Notes under the pieces: generated by a model
What the model was told of the DNA's origin: nothing
The model's input: the letters and a program-made list of their open reading frames with translations, nothing else
The model's database searches: none
Shown here: positions 8,708 to 17,182 of the stretch, piece after piece
How the letters are laid out: each line of letters starts with the position of its first letter
Position numbering within the stretch: position 1 is the stretch's first letter
Made by a program: the position numbers and the translations under genes
Assembly: GCA_046758965.1 (NCBI GenBank)
Contig: JBHIBG010000023.1
Location: 1 to 34,113, forward strand
Direction: 5' to 3'
Source: Candidatus Methylomirabilia bacterium
GTDB taxonomy: Bacteria > Methylomirabilota > Methylomirabilia > Rokubacteriales > CSP1-6
DNA length: 34,113 nucleotides

Positions 8708-11700
8708 ATGAGATGTCCAGCGTGCCAGTTCGAGAACCCTCCCGCCATGCGCTTCTGCGGGCAGTGCGGGAGCGCCCTGGCACTCTCCTGCCCGCAGTGC
8801 GGGGCGGAGGTCCCGGGCGGCTTCCGATTCTGCGGCCAGTGCGGCGCGAGCCTTCAGGGCTCACCGGCGCCCGCCTCAAAACCACCGGTGGCCGCAGACT
8901 ACCAGCCGCGCCTGGCCTCCTATACCCCCAAGCATCTGGCCGACAAGATCCTGAAAGGGCGTTCAGCCCTGGAGGGCGAGCGCCGGCAGGTCACCGTCCT
9001 CTTTGCGGACGTGGCGGGCTTCGCGGCCCTGGCCGAGAAGCTGGACCCGGAGGAGGTCCACAGGATCATCGAGCGCTGCTTCGAGCTGATTACGGCGGAG
9101 GTGCATCGGTTCGAGGGGACGATCAACCAGTACACGGGCGACGGGGTGATGGCGCTCTTCGGCGCGCCGGTTGCTCACGAGGATAGCCCGAGGCGAGCGG
9201 TGCACGCAGCTCTGGGGATCCAGCGTGCTCTCAGGGATTACAGCACGGAACTTCAGGCCGAGCGGGGCCTGGCCCTTCAGATGCGGATGGGGCTCAACAC
9301 CGGTCCGGTCGTTGTGGGCCGCATCGGTGACGATCTCCGAATGGACTACACCGCCGTAGGGGACACGACGAACCTGGCCGCGCGCCTGCAGCAGATCGCC
9401 CGTCCCGGCAGCGTCCTCGTGGGGGAAGCCACCCACAAGATGATCACCGGCTTCTTCGAGACCCTGGACCTGGGCGAGGTTTCCCTGAAGGGGCACGCCC
9501 CGGCGCGGGCGTTCGAGGTGCTCAGGGGACGGGGGCGACGGGCTCGACTCGACGTGGCGGCCGAGCGCGGCCTGACCCCGCTCGTTGGGCAGCAGCGAGA
9601 GCTGAGCACCCTGCTCGACCTCTTCCGGGAGGTCAAGGCCGGGCGAGGACAGGTCGTGTTCATCACCGGTGAGGCGGGCATTGGCAAGTCGAGGCTCGTG
9701 CTGGAGTTCCGCCGCGCGCTAGCGCAGGCCGGGGAAGAGGTGACCTGGCTCGATGGGCGGTGCATCTCCTTCGGCCAGTCCATCCCGTTTCTTCCGATCA
9801 TTGACCAGCTTCGCGAGAACTTCCAGATCGAAGAGGTGGACGGCGAGCCCGAGATCATTGCCAAGATCGAACACGGGATGCGCCGGCTGGGGGAGCTGGA
9901 GCCCCACATTCCGTACATCCGGTCCCTCTTGGCGGTAGATCCGGGGGACCCGGAGGTCTCGGCCATGGCAGCCCCGGCTCGGCGGAGGAAGATGTTTGAC
10001 GCCTGCCGCGCGCTCGCTCTTCGCGGGGCGAAGCTCAAGCCTCTCGTGTTCGTGTTCGAGGACCTCCACTGGGTCGACACCAGCACCGTGGAGTACCTGA
10101 GCTCCCTGATGGATTCGGCAGCGGGCGCACCCCTGATGCTCATCTTGACTTACCGGGTCGGCTACACGCCACCGTTCGGGAGCCGGAGCTTCCACACCAC
10201 GCTGACGCTCCACAGCCTCTCCGAGGTCGAGAGCCTCACGATGGCAGGGCACATCCTCGGGAGCGGCCGGTTTCCCGAGGAGCTGAAGACCGCCCTCGTA
10301 GACAGGGCGGAAGGCGTGCCGCTCTTCGTCGAGGAGGTCACGAAGACCCTTCTCGATCTCGGGATCCTTCGGCGGGACAACGGCGGGTACCGGATGGTCA
10401 AGGGGAGCGGAGAGGTCAGCGTTCCGGACACTATCCAGGGGATCATCATGGCGCGGTTGGACCGGCTCGGCGAGGACGGCAAGCGCACGGTTCAGCTCGC
10501 CTCGGTCATCGGCAGGCAGTTCCTGCAACGGCTCCTGGAGCGGATCACGGGGCTCACCGACCAGCTCGAGGGGCTCTTGGCGGAGCTAAAGGCGCTGGAG
10601 ATCATCTACGAGCAGGGGCTCCTCCCTGAGCCGGCGTACGTCTTCAAGCACGCGGTGATTCAGGACGTGGCCTACAACAGCCTCCTGCGAGAGCGCCGAA
10701 AGGAAGTGCACCGTGCCGTGGGGCATGCGATCGAGGAGCTCTACGCCGATCGTCTCGAGGAGCACTACGGGGAGCTGACCCACCACTACTTCCACGGCCA
10801 GGTCTGGGACAAGGCCTTCGAGTTCGCCGCCAAGGCGGCTGACAAGGCGAAGGCGATCTTCGCCAACCGGGAGGCGATCCATTTCTACACCCAGGCCCTG
10901 GAGGCCAGTGCGAAGGTCTCCCCCCCGGCCGAGCGGGCGGTGCTCATGGCAATCTACGAGAGCCGCGGGACGGTCTGGCATCTTCTCAGCAACTACGACG
11001 CTGCTGTCGCCGACTTTGAGGCGATGCAGGGGCTCGCCCAGCAGCTCCGTGACCGGGTGAAGGAAGGGGAGGCTCTCTGTAACCAGGCCGCCTCTCACTG
11101 GTTTCGGTTCTCCGAGGCTTACAAGGGGCTGGTGGAGAAGTGCGCCAGCGAGGCCATGGTGATCGCCGAGGAGACCGGAAACGAGCTGCTCCTGGCCCGT
11201 GCGCTCTCCTCTCTGGGGATGGTGGACCAGAAGGTGGGGATGCTCCATCAGGCCGACGGCAAGTTCCTCGGGTCCGTGGAGATCTGTCGTCGCGGCGGCT
11301 TCAAGGGCCCCTTGGTCACGAACCTCGTCTGGCTTGGGGCCCACGCCAACTGGCGCGGCGAGTTTCTCCGGGCCATCGAGTATGAGCGGGAGGCAGAGCG
11401 GGTCGCCCAGGAGGTCCACGACGGATTCTTCGAGCTGGTGGCTTACTGCTTCAGGTGCAATGCCCACGCCGCCCTGGGGGAGTGGGTTCTCGCGTTCCAG
11501 GCCCTCGATGACGCGATGCGGAAGGGGCGGGAGCGCGAGAACAAGTACGCCATCGCCCGGGGCACCAACACCCTCGGCTGGGTCCACAGCGAGCTCGGCG
11601 ACTTCCGCCGCGCTGCCGAGTTCAATCGGGAAGGGATCGAGCTCGGGCGTGCCGCAAACATCTCCAACAACGAGATCAACGCGGTCATCAACTTGGCTGA

Positions 11701-12250
11701 CAATCACCTGAGCTTGGGCGAGGTCGGCCCGGCTCGGAGGATCTTGCGGGAGACGGCTGAGCGGCTCAAGACCGGCTTCTTCGACGCTCACCTCTGGCGG
11801 TGGAACATTCGCGTCGCCCTGGCGTTCGCTCGCGCCGCGTTCCTTGAGCGGGACCTCGACGGGGCCTTAGCGCCCCTGGAGGAGTCGCTTCGGCTCGCTG
11901 AGAAGACCGAGTCTCGGAAGTATGTCGCCGAGGCGCGCGGGCTCCGGGGTGAGCTGCGCTTGGCAGCCGGGCAGCCCAAGGAGGCGATCGAGGAGCTCAG
12001 GGGCGCGCTCACGTTGGCCGAGGCCATCTCCTGTCCGACCCAGATCTGGCGGCTGTCTCATCAGCTCGGCCGAGCCCTGGGGGGAGACCGGCAGCTCAAC
12101 CAGGCCCGAGAAGCCCTCGCCCGGGCACTCGATGTGGTCGAGGCGACCGCCTCCCGAGTCCCCGAGCGCCTCCGGCCGGCCTTCCTGGCCTCCACCCAGG
12201 TGGCGGCCCTCAAGGAGGAGTTCGCCCAACTCGGGCGAATCGGCGCCTGA
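8708..12250 (+). CDS. Double zinc ribbon - class III nucleotide cyclase - STAND/AAA ATPase - TPR protein
   Basis: Four CxxC pairs; ERRQVTVLFADVAGF; GDGVMALFGAP; GDTTNLAARLQ; Walker A GEAGIGKS; Walker B FVFEDLHW; FKHAVIQDVAY; helical repeat C-terminus. ATG at 8708 with GGGAG RBS. Confidence 0.93.
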   Translation: MRCPACQFENPPAMRFCGQCGSALALSCPQCGAEVPGGFRFCGQCGASLQGSPAPASKPPVAADYQPRLASYTPKHLADKILKGRSALEGERRQVTVLFADVAGFAALAEKLDPEEVHRIIERCFELITAEVHRFEGTINQYTGDGVMALFGAPVAHEDSPRRAVHAALGIQRALRDYSTELQAERGLALQMRMGLNTGPVVVGRIGDDLRMDYTAVGDTTNLAARLQQIARPGSVLVGEATHKMITGFFETLDLGEVSLKGHAPARAFEVLRGRGRRARLDVAAERGLTPLVGQQRELSTLLDLFREVKAGRGQVVFITGEAGIGKSRLVLEFRRALAQAGEEVTWLDGRCISFGQSIPFLPIIDQLRENFQIEEVDGEPEIIAKIEHGMRRLGELEPHIPYIRSLLAVDPGDPEVSAMAAPARRRKMFDACRALALRGAKLKPLVFVFEDLHWVDTSTVEYLSSLMDSAAGAPLMLILTYRVGYTPPFGSRSFHTTLTLHSLSEVESLTMAGHILGSGRFPEELKTALVDRAEGVPLFVEEVTKTLLDLGILRRDNGGYRMVKGSGEVSVPDTIQGIIMARLDRLGEDGKRTVQLASVIGRQFLQRLLERITGLTDQLEGLLAELKALEIIYEQGLLPEPAYVFKHAVIQDVAYNSLLRERRKEVHRAVGHAIEELYADRLEEHYGELTHHYFHGQVWDKAFEFAAKAADKAKAIFANREAIHFYTQALEASAKVSPPAERAVLMAIYESRGTVWHLLSNYDAAVADFEAMQGLAQQLRDRVKEGEALCNQAASHWFRFSEAYKGLVEKCASEAMVIAEETGNELLLARALSSLGMVDQKVGMLHQADGKFLGSVEICRRGGFKGPLVTNLVWLGAHANWRGEFLRAIEYEREAERVAQEVHDGFFELVAYCFRCNAHAALGEWVLAFQALDDAMRKGRERENKYAIARGTNTLGWVHSELGDFRRAAEFNREGIELGRAANISNNEINAVINLADNHLSLGEVGPARRILRETAERLKTGFFDAHLWRWNIRVALAFARAAFLERDLDGALAPLEESLRLAEKTESRKYVAEARGLRGELRLAAGQPKEAIEELRGALTLAEAISCPTQIWRLSHQLGRALGGDRQLNQAREALARALDVVEATASRVPERLRPAFLASTQVAALKEEFAQLGRIGA

Positions 12251-12415
12251 CTGGCGCAGAGCCCTCGAGGAGACCGAAGAGAGAGAAGGAGTGGAGGGAG
12301 GGGGGTGGCTCCGGCCGCAAGAGGGGAATTTCCTTGACCGCTTTTGACGCATTGTGCAAATTAGGCCGCAGCGGGTACGACCACGGGGCATCCGAACCAC
12401 CTCTCGGGAGCTAGT

Positions 12416-13312
12416 ATGCCGCAAGCTATTGGATTCATTGGCCTTGGGATCATGGGACGACCCATGGCCAAGAACCTGCTCAGGACCGGCTTCTCCCTCG
12501 TAGTCCACGACCTCCGCCCGGACCCGGTCCAGGAGCTTGGAGGAATGGGGGCCAGCACGGCCGACTCTCCGCGGGGGGTCGCCGAGCAGGTCGATCTGCT
12601 CATCACCATGCTCCCGAACTCCCCCGATGTGGAGCTGGTGGCGCTTGGGAAGAACGGGATCGTCGAGGGAGCGAAGCGTGGCCTGATTTATCTGGACATG
12701 TCGACGATTTCCCCTCTCGTATCCCAGCAGGTGGCCGGGGCCCTCGAGGCCAAAGGCGTTCGGATGCTCGATGCGCCGGTCTCCGGTGGGGAGAAGGGCG
12801 CCATCGACGGGATCCTCTCGATCATGGTGGGTGGCGACAAGGCCGTGTTCGACCAGGTCCTCCCTATCTTCCAGGCCATGGGGAAGACCATCACCCATCT
12901 CGGGCCTCTCGGAGCAGGCGGCTTCACCAAGCTGGCCAACCAGATCATCGTGGCCGTGAACTTCACCGCCATCGCCGAGGCGCTGACCCTGGCGTCCAAG
13001 GCCGGGCTCGACCGCGAGCTGACTATCAAGGCGCTCTCAGGGGGTCTGGCGGGGAGTCGATGTCTGGAGCAGAAGACCCCCAATTACCTCGCTGACACCT
13101 ATCAGCCCGGCTTCAAAATTGACCTCCACTTCAAGGATCTCGGCCTGATCATGGAGGCAAGCCGTGCCCTCGGGGTCCCGCTCCCGACCACGGCGGTGGT
13201 CCAGGAGCTCTTCAACGCCCTCCGGGCGAGGGGACGCGGGGGGCTGGATCACTCGGGGGTCATTACCCTCCTGGAGGACCTGGCGGGTGCTGACGGTTGG
13301 GCCGAGCGGTGA
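12416..13312 (+). CDS. garR: 2-hydroxy-3-oxopropionate (tartronate semialdehyde) reductase, beta-hydroxyacid dehydrogenase family
   Basis: IGFIGLGIMGRPMA, DAPVSGG, catalytic K in TKLANQI, PGFKIDLHFKDL, LDHSG. Confidence 0.85.
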   Translation: MPQAIGFIGLGIMGRPMAKNLLRTGFSLVVHDLRPDPVQELGGMGASTADSPRGVAEQVDLLITMLPNSPDVELVALGKNGIVEGAKRGLIYLDMSTISPLVSQQVAGALEAKGVRMLDAPVSGGEKGAIDGILSIMVGGDKAVFDQVLPIFQAMGKTITHLGPLGAGGFTKLANQIIVAVNFTAIAEALTLASKAGLDRELTIKALSGGLAGSRCLEQKTPNYLADTYQPGFKIDLHFKDLGLIMEASRALGVPLPTTAVVQELFNALRARGRGGLDHSGVITLLEDLAGADGWAER

Positions 13313-14337
13313 GAGCGACGGTTGACCGAGCCGGGCTCGATAGTCAGAGCCAGATCCCCGTCATCAAGGTCCGGCGGGTCCGAAAGGGCGACCTCTCCAA
13401 GGTCCGCGATGTCGTCGAGCAGGCGTTCGGTGACTTCTACGAGCGCCAGCTCGGTACCCGCCCGCGGCAGGTCTTCGGGGGTGCCCAGTACATCCATCAT
13501 CGGTGGCTCATGGAACCCTGGGGATGCTTCGTCGCCGAGGAGGGGGAGGGGAAGATCGTCGGTGCCTCGGTGGCGGTGATGTGGGGACCGGTGGGAGTGG
13601 TCGGTCCGATCATGGTGCTCACCGCCTACCAGAACCAGGGGATCGGTCAGCGGCTCCTCAAGGCCACCCAGGAGTTCTTCGAGGAGAACAAGGTCACGCT
13701 TCAGGGGCTCGCCACCTATCCGAACAGCTCCAAGCACCTCGTCTTCTACCAGAAGTTCGACTACCGGCCGAGAGCGCTCGTGGCCATCACCTCGAAGCCT
13801 GTCGACCGTCGAGGACCCGCCCAGCCCCCGAGGCCGTCCAAGCCGCAGGTCCAGACCCGGAGGTTCTCCACGCTGGAGGAGTCCAAGAAAAAGACCGCCC
13901 TGGCAAAGTTCCGCCGGATCAGCGGGGGGATTTGCCGCGGTATGGACCTGACCAAGGAAGTGGAGATCGTGGACGGGCTGGCCCTGGGAGACACCCTCCT
14001 CTTGGAGAAGGGGAGGGATCTGATCGGGTTCGCCATCTATCACGTGCCAGGGGTGAGCGAGGCCCCTCTGGGGAGCCTCTACGTAAAGTTCCTGGCCCTG
14101 GATGGCCGTCAGAAGAGGCCAGAGTATTTTCACCATTTGCTCGGGGGCTTGGAGGAGCTCGCCCAAGCGGCAGGTCTCCAGCGCGTGATCGCCCCCGTTT
14201 ACACATCCTACTGGACTGCCTACCATGGGCTCATGGCACGCGGCTACGGGATCGACGCCACCATGGTGCGGATGACCCGAGGGAAGAGTCTGGACTACGA
14301 GAACCCCGCCGATCTTGTGCTCGACGACTGGCGGTGA
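13309..14337 (+). CDS. GNAT family N-acetyltransferase (two-domain)
   Basis: Acetyl-CoA motif YQNQGIGQRLL and FYQKFDY; GTG start overlaps the garR stop (GTGA). Confidence 0.8.
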   Translation: MRATVDRAGLDSQSQIPVIKVRRVRKGDLSKVRDVVEQAFGDFYERQLGTRPRQVFGGAQYIHHRWLMEPWGCFVAEEGEGKIVGASVAVMWGPVGVVGPIMVLTAYQNQGIGQRLLKATQEFFEENKVTLQGLATYPNSSKHLVFYQKFDYRPRALVAITSKPVDRRGPAQPPRPSKPQVQTRRFSTLEESKKKTALAKFRRISGGICRGMDLTKEVEIVDGLALGDTLLLEKGRDLIGFAIYHVPGVSEAPLGSLYVKFLALDGRQKRPEYFHHLLGGLEELAQAAGLQRVIAPVYTSYWTAYHGLMARGYGIDATMVRMTRGKSLDYENPADLVLDDWR

Positions 14338-15458
14338 TGAGCAAGGCGTTGATTGCGGGGTTCGCAACGCCTGACGCGACGGCGACCTATCGAAATCGCC
14401 AGGCGTCGAGCGTCGCCCCCGAGCACTTCCGTCTCCTCGAAGACCTCTCAGTCTCCTCAGTCGGAATTGGGACCTACCTGGGGGCGGAGGATGCTGCCAC
14501 CGACCGCCTCTATCGGGATGCCATCATCCGAGCCTTGGAGTTGGGGGCCAACGTCATTGACACCGCGATCAACTACCGCCACCAGCAGAGCGAGCGAGCC
14601 ATCGGTGAGGCCCTGGCCGCGCTCATCGGATCGGGCCGGTTGAGGCGGGATGAGGTCGTGGTGGCAACGAAGGGAGGGTTTATCCCGTTCGACGGCGGGG
14701 TGCCGGCCGACGTGCGGGCGTACGTCACCGAAACATACCTCCGGCCCGGGACCATCCGCCGCAACGAGGTGGCCGCTGGCTGCCATTGCATGGCCCCCCG
14801 GTACCTGGCTGACCAGATCGAGCGGAGCCGCCGGAACCTTGGCCTTCAGACCATCGATGTCTACTACGTCCATAACCCCGAAACCCCGCTCGTGGAGGTT
14901 GACCGGACGGAGTTTCTCCGGCGAATGCGCGAGGCGTTTGTCTTCCTGGAATCGGCCGTGGGAAGCGGCTTGATCCGTTGCTACGGCACCGCGACCTGGA
15001 ACGGCTACCGCCAGCCCCCTGCTGCTCCCGACTATCTCTCTCTGGCCGAGCTGGTGCAGGTCGCCCAGGAGGTCGGAGGGAAGCGGCATCACTTCAGGGT
15101 CATCCAGCTCCCTTACAACCTGGGGATGGCCGAGGCCTTCACCCATGCCAACCAGACGGTGGACGGCAAGAGCGTGTCAATCCTGGAGGCTGCGCGTCGC
15201 CTCGGGATCTACGTCGTCGCCTCGGCTTCGCTCCACCAGGGTCAGCTGGCCAGACATCTGCCGCCGGTGACCGGCGAGTTTCTGCCCGGGCTCAGCACAG
15301 ACGGCCAGCGGGCGCTGCAGTTCGTTCGCTCCACGCCGGGATTGGGCACGGCCCTGGTCGGGATGAAACAGGTCTCCCACGTGGAGGAGAACCTCGGGGT
15401 CGCGAAGCTCCCGCCCATGCCCTGGTCCGAGTTCCAGCGCCTGTTCCGCGATGCGTAG
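14337..15458 (+). CDS. Aldo/keto reductase
   Basis: SSVGIGTY, NVIDTAINY, VATKGG, IDVYYVHNP, IQLPYN, VGMKQVSHVEEN; ATG overlaps the upstream TGA (TGATG). Confidence 0.88.
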   Translation: MSKALIAGFATPDATATYRNRQASSVAPEHFRLLEDLSVSSVGIGTYLGAEDAATDRLYRDAIIRALELGANVIDTAINYRHQQSERAIGEALAALIGSGRLRRDEVVVATKGGFIPFDGGVPADVRAYVTETYLRPGTIRRNEVAAGCHCMAPRYLADQIERSRRNLGLQTIDVYYVHNPETPLVEVDRTEFLRRMREAFVFLESAVGSGLIRCYGTATWNGYRQPPAAPDYLSLAELVQVAQEVGGKRHHFRVIQLPYNLGMAEAFTHANQTVDGKSVSILEAARRLGIYVVASASLHQGQLARHLPPVTGEFLPGLSTDGQRALQFVRSTPGLGTALVGMKQVSHVEENLGVAKLPPMPWSEFQRLFRDA

Positions 15459-15464
15459 GATCGG

Positions 15465-16205
15465 ATGGAGCTGGTCGTTTGCGGGGACGCCTTTGAGCTG
15501 GCCGAGCGCGCGGCCGAAATCTTCATGGACAGAGTGCGGGGTAAGCCTGACCTGGCCATGGCAGTGCCTGCCGGCCGCACCCCTCGGCGCATGTACGACC
15601 TCCTTCGGGAGGCCCATGCCCAGGGTTCGGTGGACCTCTCCCGCATGCAGGTCTTCTCGCTGGACGAGCTCTGCCCGCCGGCCCCTCCCGACGGCTATTT
15701 CTGGCGACAGGTTCGGACCGAGCTCCTCGCCTGGGCGGGCGTGCCCCCTGAGCGCTGTCACCCCTTCCATGTCGACGCCCCGGATCTGCAGGCGATGTGC
15801 GTCGAGTACGAGGAGGCCATTGCCACGGTCGGTGGGCTTGACCTCATCATGATGGGACTCGGGCCGAACGCCCACATTGCCTCCAACGAGCCGGGCAGTT
15901 CCTTTGACTCCCGGACCCGCCCCGTGCGCCTCCTGCCGGAGACGGTCCGGTATATTCTCTCCGACGAGGTCCGTCAGGGGGCGGTGTCGGACCGGGCGGT
16001 GACGCTCGGCATGGCCACCATCCTGGCCGCGCGTGAGGTCGTGCTGCTGGTGAGCGGGGCGGGGAAACGGGAGCCGCTCAGACAGCTGCTGGACGGCCCG
16101 GTGACCCCGGAGATTCCAGCCTCAGTGCTGAAGCGCCACCCGCGCGCCTTGGTCGTGGCTGACAGCCAGGCCGTCTCGGGAGAGCCTGAAACGAGAGACG
16201 GTTGA
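15465..16205 (+). CDS. nagB: Glucosamine-6-phosphate deaminase / sugar-phosphate isomerase family
   Basis: PAGRTP, FSLDEL, GGLDLIMMGLGPNAHIASNEPG, AVTLGMATIL, PASVLKRHP. Confidence 0.75.
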   Translation: MELVVCGDAFELAERAAEIFMDRVRGKPDLAMAVPAGRTPRRMYDLLREAHAQGSVDLSRMQVFSLDELCPPAPPDGYFWRQVRTELLAWAGVPPERCHPFHVDAPDLQAMCVEYEEAIATVGGLDLIMMGLGPNAHIASNEPGSSFDSRTRPVRLLPETVRYILSDEVRQGAVSDRAVTLGMATILAAREVVLLVSGAGKREPLRQLLDGPVTPEIPASVLKRHPRALVVADSQAVSGEPETRDG

Positions 16206-16255
16206 ATCTTGAGGGGCGCTAGACCAGGGTCAGGATTGTTGTAGGACGCTCGCCG

Positions 16256-17014
16256 ATGCCCCTGGCCAAGAGAATCCATCACGTCGGCATCGTGGTCGAG
16301 ACGCTGGCCTCGGCCTACCGGTTCTACCGTGACACCCTCGGCCTCGCGCTGATCCGAGAGGCACTGATCCCCGACCAAGGGGTGCGGGCCGCGCTCCTGG
16401 CGGTCGAGGACGGCGAGGTGGAGCTCCTCGAGCCCATCGCTCCCGGGACCGGCGTAGCGCGGTTCCTGGAGAAGCGTGGCGAGGGCCTCCACCACCTCTG
16501 CTTCGAGACAGAGGATGTGGGGAAAGCTCTCGGCGAGCTCAGAAGTGAAGGCGTGGCACTCATTGACCAGGTGCCCAGACCGGGGTTGGCGGGGCAGATC
16601 GCCTTTCTTCACCCATCGGCGTGCGGAGGGATCCTCGTGGAGCTGGCCACGCCCGCTGGCGAGTCCGGCCATGCAGGCTCCCCGCTCCGCCTCAAGCGCC
16701 TGGTGATCGGAGCTCGGGATCCGCTGGTGAGCGCCCGGCTCTTCCGAGATCGCTTCGCCCTCCCCGAGCAGCTCACGAACGGCGGTCCCCGCATCATGCT
16801 CTCGGTCGGTCACGCCTCCCTCCTGATGGTTCCACGCGACGAGGTCGGCGGCACGGAGGGGATGGTGGCCCTCTCGATGGTAGCCAGAGACCTCCCGCTG
16901 ACGATCGCACGGCTGGAGGGATCGAGGAGCAGAATCTTGAGAGGGACGAGCGAGGTGACCGTAGAGCCCGGGTCGAGCCACGGCGTCCACCTCCACATCA
17001 GCCGCTACGAGTGA
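16256..17014 (+). CDS. mce: Methylmalonyl-CoA epimerase-like VOC protein with an extra C-terminal domain
   Basis: IHHVGIVV, VELLEP, FLEKRGEGLHHLCFET, IAFLHP, GGILVEL, followed by about 115 additional residues. Confidence 0.75.
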   Translation: MPLAKRIHHVGIVVETLASAYRFYRDTLGLALIREALIPDQGVRAALLAVEDGEVELLEPIAPGTGVARFLEKRGEGLHHLCFETEDVGKALGELRSEGVALIDQVPRPGLAGQIAFLHPSACGGILVELATPAGESGHAGSPLRLKRLVIGARDPLVSARLFRDRFALPEQLTNGGPRIMLSVGHASLLMVPRDEVGGTEGMVALSMVARDLPLTIARLEGSRSRILRGTSEVTVEPGSSHGVHLHISRYE

Positions 17015-17059
17015 CCGTAGCTGCTTCCCCCGGGCCGCCCCGGCCGCCCCCGCCGCCCG

Positions 17060-17149
17060 CAGCGGGGGTCCCCACACCGGGCAAGGGCGCGAGGCCGGCG
17101 GCGCACCCACGCCCTTCGGCGTGGGTACCCGGCCGTGACGGACCCGCTG
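17060..17149. repeat. GC-rich nested stem-loop (REP-like or bidirectional terminator) between convergent genes
   Basis: Perfect hairpin ACCCACGCC-CTTC-GGCGTGGGT (17105-17126), extended by GGCCGG/CCGGCC and an outer CAGCGGG..TCC / GGACCCGCTG stem. Confidence 0.55.
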
Positions 17150-17182
17150 GCCCGATCGACGGCTGCGCCGGCCATCTTCGGG

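Noticed and set aside
8430..8885. N-terminal extension of the 699-aa ORF 6786..8885
   Set aside because: It runs through the sigma54 module and the att-like repeat and is antisense to the cyclase start; an open frame by chance in GC-rich DNA.
13503..14336. 651-aa version of the aldo/keto reductase
   Set aside because: The first 278 codons overlap the GNAT gene in another frame; the real start is the coupled ATG at 14337.
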